Assembly: GCA_043807785.1 (NCBI GenBank)
Contig: JAZDFO010000066.1
Span: forward strand, 1 to 33,486
DNA length: 33,486 nt
Reading direction: 5' to 3'
DNA from: Candidatus Micrarchaeota archaeon
Lineage (GTDB): Archaea > Micrarchaeota > Micrarchaeia > Norongarragalinales > SBBD01
Part shown: one piece after another, positions 1 to 7,432 of the stretch
Layout: the number at the start of each line of letters is the position of its first letter
How positions within the stretch are numbered: the first letter of the stretch is position 1
Position numbers and translations under genes: made by a program
The notes under the pieces: generated by a model
What the model was told of the DNA's origin: nothing
What the model saw: only the letters and a program-made list of their open reading frames with translations
The model's database searches: none

Positions 1-1392
1 GCTGGAACTCCGATTCTCGGGAGGAAGCCAACCGTCGGTTCCCCAATTCCAATTGGAGTCGAGTTTGAACCAGTACTGGGCAAACCAGTGGTCGCCAAGC
101 CTGTTGTTGGGGCCGGTAAAGTATCCACTGACGCCGTCACCGCCCTGGGCTTGGAAATTATTCTTGCCGCTGAAATGAGAGTTCGAATGCCGGGATTCGC
201 TTCCAACACTAAGCGTGCCCGTGTTGCTCCAAGCCGGGTTGAACGAACCACTCTCAACGTCATCCCAAACAACCGGCGCCGCCAGCGCCTTTACCCCGAA
301 ATTGCTTCCCGAAACCGCCACCGTCTGGCCTTGGGAAAACGTCCCGCTCACGCCTGAAATATACGGGCCGACATCCCCCGAAAGCGGAAAACCCGCGCTC
401 GCATCCCCGTTGGCGTCAATCACGTACAGCCACAACGGCTCGCCGGCGGCAAAACTCCCGCGGTTGACAGTCGCAGAAATCGAATTCCCGCTCCAAGCCG
501 ACGGCACCTGAATCTCACGGTGCGTGCTGGCCGCGTACGTATTGGCGGTGCCGATTTCAACCCGCGCCCAAGTGCTTGAAAGGTACGCGTCGTCCACGTA
601 ATTCTCCACGAACGCCCCCGCGCCGAAGTTGGTGAACCCGTAGAAGAACAGGAGGTCATCCCAGAACTGATTCGCGCCCGTCCGCGTGACCACATTCGTC
701 CTCTGGTAAACCACCATCCCGTCATTTTTGAGAACCACGCTTCCATCCGCAACGCCGTCCCCGCTCTGATGAAGCACGGCCTCGAAGTGGTGCCAGGCGT
801 CCTTAGCCGGCGCCCCACCAGCCCAGTCATCCTGCATCCCTTCGCTCCCAGCATCGGTCACAATGTAGCTGGCAAACCAAGCCCCCGCGAAACCACCGGA
901 CATTACCCCGGGATCGTAGTCATTCACCCAAGGCGTCGTTCCCCAAAGCTGGAACAGCTTAGTCTGGCAGCAACCGCCTGCCGGATACTGATAACGATAC
1001 CAGAATGAGACATAGAAACTGTCTCGGTCATGCGGAAACGGCACCTCAAACTGGCTGTGGAAGCCGCCGCTGGAACTGCTGAAATACGAGGATAATCCGC
1101 GGTGCGCCGACGCGGAAGAATACGCCGGGCTAGAGCCCCCGAAAAACCACGAACCGACAAGAGGAGCCCCAGCAATTATTGCGCCAGGAGTGCCGCGGTC
1201 GAAATTCTCCCAAAGAAGAACATCACCCGAAGCAAAACTCCCGAAACCCGCGCCCGAAACGGTAACGGTTCCATCATGAACAATAGCGCCGGAAACCGAT
1301 GAAATCGAGGGCGCGGCGGAGGCGGGAAAGGCAAGCAACGCCAACACCAGCAGAACCTGCAAGGCTTTTCCAATAAAACGCCGGGATTCCAT
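1..1392 (-). CDS. Secreted or surface protein, C-terminal part cut off by the window edge. It has a signal peptide and two IPT/TIG-like VSGxxxxGxxVxVSGxxFG segments flanking a jelly-roll/LamG-like middle.
   Basis: Absent from the ORF track because it has no stop codon in the window. My own minus-strand translation from ATG 1392 gives MESRRFIGKALQVLLVLALLAFPASAAPSISSVSGAIVHDGTVTVSGAGFGSFASGDVLLWENFDRGTPGAIIAGAPLVGSWFF. Spot translations in the same frame at 1098, 1020, 960, 600 and 360 stay open and protein-like (GLSSYFSSSSGGFHSQFEVPFPHDRD; SFYVSFWYRYQYPAGGCCQT; YVDDAYLSSTWARVEIGTAN; ISGVSGTFSQGQTVAVSGSN). The track lists no competing ORF in this frame. Confidence 0.7.
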   Translation of the reverse strand, partial: MESRRFIGKALQVLLVLALLAFPASAAPSISSVSGAIVHDGTVTVSGAGFGSFASGDVLLWENFDRGTPGAIIAGAPLVGSWFFGGSSPAYSSASAHRGLSSYFSSSSGGFHSQFEVPFPHDRDSFYVSFWYRYQYPAGGCCQTKLFQLWGTTPWVNDYDPGVMSGGFAGAWFASYIVTDAGSEGMQDDWAGGAPAKDAWHHFEAVLHQSGDGVADGSVVLKNDGMVVYQRTNVVTRTGANQFWDDLLFFYGFTNFGAGAFVENYVDDAYLSSTWARVEIGTANTYAASTHREIQVPSAWSGNSISATVNRGSFAAGEPLWLYVIDANGDASAGFPLSGDVGPYISGVSGTFSQGQTVAVSGSNFGVKALAAPVVWDDVESGSFNPAWSNTGTLSVGSESRHSNSHFSGKNNFQAQGGDGVSGYFTGPNNRLGDHWFAQYWFKLDSNWNWGTDGWLPPENRSSS

Positions 1393-1415
1393 GGAAACAA
1401 ACAAGGGGTGCGCCC

Positions 1416-1424
1416 TTTTTAAAT
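1416..1424 (-). promoter_or_regulatory. Candidate TATA box for the secreted-protein gene (leaderless spacing)
   Basis: The minus strand reads ATTTAAAAA, centred about 28 nt upstream of ATG 1392. Confidence 0.35.
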
Positions 1425-1537
1425 CTCCGGCAACGGCAGCTTTGTCCCACGCCCATAGTTCACTGGCGGGGCAAAACACGGTGAAGCGCCGCGCTCTGGC
1501 GGGGGAGAATAAGAGAATAATGCATTACCGATAAAAA

Positions 1538-1873
1538 TTAGCGCCCGCGGCGCTGGAGGGGAAGCACGCTGCCGCACTTGTTGCAGACTTTCTCCTTGTG
1601 CTTCCAGTTCAAGGTAAATTCGACGCCGCCGCACTCAAGGCACGCGCGGACCTCGCTTTTATGGAAGTCCTTCCAGCCCTCCTTTCCGTCGCGCGCGGCA
1701 AACGACTGGTGCGAGAAGGCGACGCGCTCCTTATTGCCGGAAAGCTCTGGCTTGCGTTCCCCGAATTTCTTCTTCTCCACTGCGGGCGAAACCTTGCGGC
1801 TCGAGCACCGCGGGCAAATCACTGCCTCTTCCGCGGCCCAGTGAAGCGAACAGTTCTCGCACGCGTAATTCAT
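1538..1873 (-). CDS. Small double zinc-ribbon protein, function unknown
   Basis: ORF 1538..1885 has two CxxC...CxxC pairs: CENC...CPRC at the N-terminus and CLECG...CNKCG at the C-terminus. I prefer the start at MNYACENC (1873) because an AT-rich box (minus strand AAATAATAATAT, about 1897-1910) lies roughly 30 nt upstream of it. Confidence 0.55.
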   Translation of the reverse strand: MNYACENCSLHWAAEEAVICPRCSSRKVSPAVEKKKFGERKPELSGNKERVAFSHQSFAARDGKEGWKDFHKSEVRACLECGGVEFTLNWKHKEKVCNKCGSVLPLQRRGR

Positions 1874-1910
1874 GCAAACCAACATTACTCAACGCAGGAC
1901 AAGGATATTA

Positions 1911-2972
1911 TTATTTCCGGTCGGCGCCGGACGGGGCATTGCCACCGGTTTTGCCAAGGCTGGCTATGAACGCGGCAAGCCCAGAGGCGAATTTAACCTT
2001 TGGGACAAACTTCAACAACGCCCTGGCCTTGGAGATGTCGTATTCGCGGTGCTCTGAGAGAGTGTGGACGTATTCGGCCGGGAACTTGTTTTTCTGGCGC
2101 AGGAGGCGGGATTTGGCGGAATTCAATGCCGCGGCAAGGTAGGCAATGCGGCGCGGGATTCTGCGGCTTGGCGCACGCGTTCCCACCTGGGCTGCGACGG
2201 CTTCGAAAAGCTGGGCTTGGGTAAACGATTCGCCGGAAGTGACGATGAATTCCTCGCGCACGGCCCGGCAGGAGATGGCTGCCACTACGGCGCTGGAGAG
2301 GTCATTGGCGTGAATGAATGCGACGCAGTTGGAGCCGCTTCCGATGAAGGGCAGCTTGCCAGCGCGGATTCCGCCAACCACTTGCCGGAAGCCGTCTTGG
2401 AAGCCGGGACCGTAGACTATCGGCGGGCGCAGGATGACGTATTCGAGGAAGGAGGCGCGCAACGCGTTCTCGGCGGCGAGCTTGCTTTCGCCATACGCGT
2501 TTTGCGGCCGCGGAGGCGTTTTTTCACTGATTTTCTCGCCCGGCAGTAGCTTAACGCCGCGGTAGATGGAAGTCGACGACACGAACACGAACCGCTTGAC
2601 GCCCTCGCACTGGGCCGCGCTTGCCAGCTGGGAGGTGGAAAAGAAGTTGTTCTCCATCAGCCGGCTTGGGGAAGCCGAATAATCCACGAGCCCGGCAAGG
2701 TGGGCAATCGCGGTTGTTCCCCGGCACGCCGCGCGGATTTTCTGGAAGTTGGATGCGTCGGAAAGGTCGATTTCATAGAATTCCTTGCACAAGCCCTCGA
2801 TTGCGCAAGCATCGGAGCCGGGAAGGATGACGGCCCTGACCGGCACCTTTTTTCTCGCCAGTTCCTTGACAACCATGAGTCCAAGGCGGCCGTTGGCGCC
2901 GGTAACGAGCACTGGCCCAATCGGCGCTTTTGCCCGCTTGGATTTCCGCAAGGACTGCATGCAACCATTCAC
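1911..2972 (-). CDS. NAD-dependent epimerase/dehydratase (extended SDR family)
   Basis: Rossmann motif VLVTGANGRLG, catalytic YGESK (YxxxK), and about 350 aa, which fits extended SDRs. Confidence 0.85.
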   Translation of the reverse strand: MNGCMQSLRKSKRAKAPIGPVLVTGANGRLGLMVVKELARKKVPVRAVILPGSDACAIEGLCKEFYEIDLSDASNFQKIRAACRGTTAIAHLAGLVDYSASPSRLMENNFFSTSQLASAAQCEGVKRFVFVSSTSIYRGVKLLPGEKISEKTPPRPQNAYGESKLAAENALRASFLEYVILRPPIVYGPGFQDGFRQVVGGIRAGKLPFIGSGSNCVAFIHANDLSSAVVAAISCRAVREEFIVTSGESFTQAQLFEAVAAQVGTRAPSRRIPRRIAYLAAALNSAKSRLLRQKNKFPAEYVHTLSEHREYDISKARALLKFVPKVKFASGLAAFIASLGKTGGNAPSGADRK

Positions 2973-3020
2973 GGATTGCGCGTATTAATACGTTGCCCAT
3001 GCGGCCGCTGGAGTATTGAA

Positions 3021-3557
3021 TCATGATTTTACGCGCGTGTAGGCGCTTCCTTTTGCCTCGTAGAGCAGCCTCAGGATTTCTTCGTAAAACGCTTTGGCGT
3101 TCGTTGCGACCTTCTCCGCTTCAGGAGACCTTATTTCGGAAAGGGAATACGAGGCGGCAATCCTGGTCGTTCGCGCATGTTCGAGCGTTTCGGAAAACTG
3201 GTCGTTAAGCTTCCTGGCCCTCTGCACGAATTTGAGGTATTCCTTTGGAACCCTGCCCTTCTTGAGGTAGAACGAGTCGAATGCAAGCAAGGCGCATTCG
3301 TGCGTCCGGGCTTCAAGGCCAATCAGGTAAAGCGAGGCCATGACCGAGTGGTACATGGAATAATAGCCGGCAATTGCCACCCAATCGTAATGCTTTTTTT
3401 CCCTCAAATCACTCATGGCGGCCAGGTTTTTGTGCGCCTTATCGAGGTGCTGCCCGGCAGTTCCAGTGCTCGGTTCCCTTTTCAACAGCCTGGCCGGGGA
3501 TTCCAGGCTCCCCTCAAAGCATTTCCTTAAGACGAATTCGCTTCTTTCTTCCTTCAT
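3021..3557 (-). CDS. HEPN-domain protein, putative toxin partner of the upstream nucleotidyltransferase
   Basis: 178-aa helical protein that directly abuts the MNT gene (MNT ends at 3558, this ORF starts at 3557). The YYSMYHSVMASLYLIGLEARTHECAL region resembles HEPN, but I did not verify the Rx4-6H motif position. Confidence 0.65.
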   Translation of the reverse strand: MKEERSEFVLRKCFEGSLESPARLLKREPSTGTAGQHLDKAHKNLAAMSDLREKKHYDWVAIAGYYSMYHSVMASLYLIGLEARTHECALLAFDSFYLKKGRVPKEYLKFVQRARKLNDQFSETLEHARTTRIAASYSLSEIRSPEAEKVATNAKAFYEEILRLLYEAKGSAYTRVKS

Positions 3558-4178
3558 TTATGGCTCACCTTGTGAGAGAATGAATTCCCAAAAGCCTTCT
3601 TCCCCCAGCAATACCACGCGATCCTTCCAGATGCTTTTGTATATCGGCTGCGTGTGCCAGTTGCGGGAAAGCTCGCAAAGGCTAATCACGGTTGGCGATA
3701 GTGAGTAGTTGAATTCCCGTTCAAGCAGTTTGACATTTGCTTTGAGCCTTTCGTTCGCTTTTCCGTTTTTGTTGGTGGCGATGAGGAGGTCAATGTCGCT
3801 GGAAGGCGTTGCTTGTTTCCTGGCGGCGCTTCCGTAAAGCAACGCAAATGCTATCGTGCCGTTGGAAGCCGCTTTGAGTGTTTGAAACAGCTTGTACGTC
3901 ATCGGGCCGTACGGGGTCGCGGCAAGGAAGCCTGCTTTCCTCTCGAACTCGAGCAAGGCAAGCAGTTTTATGGCTGACTCGTTTTCCTTGTTTATTGAGA
4001 AAAAAACCTGTTTTCCCCTGGTTTGCCTGTGCAATACCCTTTCTTTTGACAGTAAATCGAGGTAGTGCAGCGCCCTCTCGTGGCTTACTTCAGCGTCGTC
4101 CTCTATCTCTTTTGCGTATTTTTCCGCCCAAGGATTGAGCAGAAAAGCCCTTAACACGCGGTATTTCGGTTCAAGCAT
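3558..4178 (-). CDS. Minimal nucleotidyltransferase (MNT) with an N-terminal winged-HTH; putative antitoxin/regulator of an MNT-HEPN pair
   Basis: The nucleotidyltransferase signature LLYGSAARKQATPSSDIDLLI (GS...DxD) is present. The N-terminal roughly 70 aa look like a wHTH (EVSHERALHYLDLLSKERVLHRQTRGKQVFFSINKE). Confidence 0.85.
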   Translation of the reverse strand: MLEPKYRVLRAFLLNPWAEKYAKEIEDDAEVSHERALHYLDLLSKERVLHRQTRGKQVFFSINKENESAIKLLALLEFERKAGFLAATPYGPMTYKLFQTLKAASNGTIAFALLYGSAARKQATPSSDIDLLIATNKNGKANERLKANVKLLEREFNYSLSPTVISLCELSRNWHTQPIYKSIWKDRVVLLGEEGFWEFILSQGEP

Positions 4179-4198
4179 GGGATAATACGGGCAACAGC

Positions 4199-4242
4199 CA
4201 ATATAAAGGTTGGTTTTCCAACTTCAAAGTTGGTTTTCCAAC
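4199..4242 (-). promoter_or_regulatory. TATA box plus two tandem copies of the palindrome GTTGGTTTTCCAAC (4209-4222 and 4229-4242, 20-bp period); candidate operator for the wHTH-MNT protein
   Basis: Both copies are identical, and each is a 5-bp inverted repeat (GTTGG/CCAAC) around TTTT. The minus strand reads CCTTTATAT at 4201-4209, about 26 nt upstream of the MNT ATG at 4178. The second palindrome ends one base before the carB stop codon at 4243-4245. Confidence 0.5.
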
Positions 4243-7200
4243 CTATGCTAAATCCGTCCCGCCAAACTTTGCATACGGGTGCAGGTCGTTGAGCGAAATT
4301 ATGCCGAGCTCTTCGCGCTTGGAGAGGGATTTGGCCAACGCGATTGCGGCAAAAGCGCTTGTGACGCACGGGATTCCCGTCTCAATGGCTGCCTTGCGGG
4401 CGGCAGGGTCGCCGCGGCCGCTGTGGCTGCGGATGCCGTCGACGACAAAAGACGCCCGGCCGTCGCAAACCATTTTCGCGCCGTCTTGCGCAGAGCCGGA
4501 AAGGACTTCGATTCCCGCAGCGGCGAGGGCGTTGACGACTGCCTTGCGCCACTTGCCGCACTCGCCGACGTACGCAGTCTTGCCAAAACGGTGCCCGGCT
4601 GCAAAAAGCGCCTTGAGGTACGCCTCCTCGAACGAGCGGCCGATTCCCATGACCTCGCCGGTGCTTCGCATTTCAGGAGAAAGCACCGGGTCCAACCCCG
4701 GGAATTTCGGGAACGGGAACACGGGGGCCTTGACGGCGTAATATCCCGCTGGAGGCGCCAGGACGGATTCCAAATCGCCGAAATAGTCGGAAAGCTTTTT
4801 CCCGACCTGCAGGGCTGCGGCAATCTTTGCAATCGGAACGCCGGTTGCCTTGCTCAAGTACGGGATGGTCCGGCTCGCGCGCGGGTTGACCTCGATTACG
4901 AAAACCTCGTCGCCCTTGACGGCCATCTGGATGTTGACAAGGCCGACGGCGCCAAGCGAGCTGCAGATTTTCTTCGAATAGGAGCAGATTCTTTCATGCG
5001 CTTGTGGGGAAATGCGGACTGCGGGGATGGTGCACGACGAGTCGCCGGAGTGCACGCCTGCCTCCTCGATTTGCTCCATTACCCCCGCGATTTTCGTGCC
5101 GGCTCCGTCGCAGAGGGCGTCGACGTCGACCTCGACGGCGTCCTCGAGGAACCGGTCGATGATGATTGCATAGCTTCCGGAGGCGCAAAGCGCATCGTCG
5201 ATTACGCGTTCGAGCTGGCCTTCGCCGTAGACGATTTCCATGGCCCTGCCGCCCAGCACGTACGACGGCCGCACGAGGAGGGGGAAGCCTATTGAGCGGC
5301 ACAGCCCGATTGCCTCGTCGCGGGAGAACGCCACCGCGCTTTCGACGGTGGGAATGCCCAGCCGCACCATGAGCGACTTGAACCGCTTGCGGTTTTGCGA
5401 CGCGTCGATGGAGTCGACGGAAGTGCCGAGCACGTTGACGCCGTTTTCGTGCAGCGCGAGGGCGAGGTTTACTGCGGTCTGGCCGCCGAACTGGACCACC
5501 GCGCCCTCCACATCGCCTTCGTTTTCCAAAACGGACAGCACATGCTCGCCGGTAAGCGGCTCGAAATAGAGTTTTCCTGCGACGTCGAAGTCAGTGCTCA
5601 CCGTCTCGGGGTTGTTGTTTATCACGATTGCCTCGTATCCCAGTTCCTTGAGGGCAAAGACCGCGTGGACAGTGCAATAGTCGAACTCGATGCCCTGCCC
5701 GATGCGGATTGGCCCGCTCCCGAGGATTGCGACTTTCTTCTTCAACGGCGATTTGGGCTGCAGGTCCCCGGGTGCGCCGTTGGCGACGGGGGGCGCAAAC
5801 TCGTAGCTGGAATAATAATACGGGGTGATTGCAGGGAATTCGCCGGCACAAGTGTCAACCATCTTGTATGACGGCAGAATTCCGTGCCGCTGGCGGAAGA
5901 ACCGGACGTTTTCCGCAGAAGTTTTGCACAGCGAAGCAAACTGTCTATCGGAAAACCCGGCGCTCTTGCACTGGCGCAATAGGGCTGGAAAATCGGGGGA
6001 CGTAATGCCTGCGGACTCTACTGATTTTTCAAGGGCGACGATTCTGGCGATTTTTTCAATGAACCACTCGTGGATTCCGGTTTGGGCGGCGATTTGGGAG
6101 GGCGAAAGCCGTCCATCAAAAAGCAGCTTCTTGATGACCGGCAGCCGCAGCTCGTTGGGCTTGAGCAATTCTGCTATGCGCTCCTGCGAGTCAAGCGCGG
6201 GAAGCTCCTTTACGCTTTCCTCGATTGATTGCAGGGCCTTGCTGAGGGCTTCCTCGAAGGACCTGCCGATGGACATCGTTTCTCCAGTGCTTTTCATGGA
6301 AGTGCCAACCGAGCGCGGGTAGCCGAGCTTCTCGAACGGCCATTTGGGGATTTTCACCACGCAATAGTCGAGCGCGGGCTCGAAGGCGGCGGACTTTCCG
6401 GTGATGCGGTTCTCGATTTGCGCCAGCGAATACCCTAGAGCGATTTTCGTCGCCACGCGGGCAATGGGGTAGCCGGTTGCCTTTGATGCAAGCGCGGAAC
6501 TGCGGCTGGTGCGCGGGTTGACCTCGACGATGAAGTATTCGCCGCTGCGAGAGTCGAAGGCGAACTGGATGTTGCACGCGCCGCGCACGCCAAGCGCGCT
6601 GATGATTTTTATCGCGCTTGCGCGCAGCATGTGGTATTCGCGGTCGCATAGCGTCTGTGAGGGGGCGACGACGATGCTTTCGCCGGTGTGCACGCCCATC
6701 GGGTCAAGGTTTTCCATGTTGCATATGGTGATGCAGTTGCCGTCCCCGTCGCGCACCACCTCGTATTCCAGCTCTGCCAGGCCCTCGAGGCTCTTCTCGA
6801 CAAGTATTGAATTGGTGGCGCTTGCGGAGAGCGCAAAGAGCGCGGCGGAATCGAAATCATCTCCCTCATGCACGATGGCAGTGCCGGTGCCGCCGAGGCA
6901 GTAGTCGGGGCGGATGATCACCGGCAAGCCGATTTTACCGACTACCGCGCGCGCAGCCACTATGGATTCCGCCCGGCCGCTTTCCGGAATGGGCTCACCC
7001 AATGACACGACGAGTTTGGAAAAGCGCATGCGGTCTTCGGCAAGCTCGATTGAATCAATCGGCGTGCCAAGCACCTTCACTCCGTATTTTTCAAACGCCT
7101 GGCGGAGCGAGACTGCGAGGTTGAGGCCGGTCTGCCCCGCCATGGTGGCGATGACGCCGTCGGGGCGCTCGCGCTCGATGATTTTCTCGACGGTCCCTGG

Positions 7201-7422
7201 GTCAAGCGGCTCAATATAGATTCGGTCTGCGGAATCGAAGTCAGTCTGGATGGTCGCCGGGTTGCTGTTGACGAGAACGACCTCTATCCCCTCCTCTTTC
7301 AAGGCGCGGCAGCATTGCGTCCCGGAATAATCGAATTACCGCCTAACGAGCTATGCTCGCTTGGTTTCGGCCGCCTGGCCGATTACAATGGGACCGCTGC
7401 CTATGACTAGTACTTTGCGCAT
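4243..7422 (-). CDS. carB: Carbamoyl-phosphate synthase large subunit, interrupted. Exon 1 is 7422..7366 (MRKVLVIGSGPIVIGQAAE), a 30-nt intervening sequence is 7365..7336, and exon 2 is 7335..4243.
   Basis: ORF 4243..7302 shows the duplicated ATP-grasp architecture of CarB (VLVNSNPATIQTDFD and IVINNNPETVSTDFD repeats) and, with the N-terminal segment added, is about 1049 aa. Hand translation upstream of the annotated Met continues as FDYSGTQCCRALKEEGIE. The missing N-terminus is found 30 nt further upstream in the same frame. Confidence 0.9.
7336..7365 (-). other. 30-nt in-frame intervening sequence in carB (ACCAAGCGAGCATAGCTCGTTAGGCGGTAA); candidate BHB-type mini-intron
   Basis: It contains TAG and TAA in frame and sits exactly between GQAAE and FDYSG. 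It folds by hand into a 3-nt bulge, a 4-bp helix and a 3-nt bulge plus an intron hairpin (details in findings). Confidence 0.6.
7393..7419 (-). repeat. Proximal copy of the duplicated carB start segment (CGCAAAGTACTAGTCATAGGCAGCGGT, encoding RKVLVIGSG)
   Basis: 23 of 27 nt are identical to 8492..8518. All four differences are synonymous third-position changes, and this copy uses the A/T-ending codons. Confidence 0.85.
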
Positions 7423-7432
7423 ATTCGGAATT

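Noticed and set aside
4209-4242. The tandem identical 14-mers could be a mini-CRISPR or another repeat array.
   Set aside because: There are only two copies, each an internal palindrome. The spacer is 6 nt, and they lie directly upstream of a TATA box. An operator or hairpin is the simpler reading. No CRISPR-like array exists anywhere in the window.
4279-5295. Long ORFs run antisense or out of frame to clear genes: 4279..5295 +, 17631..18581 -, 19042..20007 +, 19089..20141 -, 29001..30947 +, 10254..11093 -, 24469..25215 -, 25462..26286 +.
   Set aside because: These are typical stop-poor shadow frames of GC-rich coding DNA. Their translations are Arg/Ala/Gly/Pro-rich and low in complexity, and each overlaps a gene with strong family signatures (carB, DP2, elp3, purD and others).
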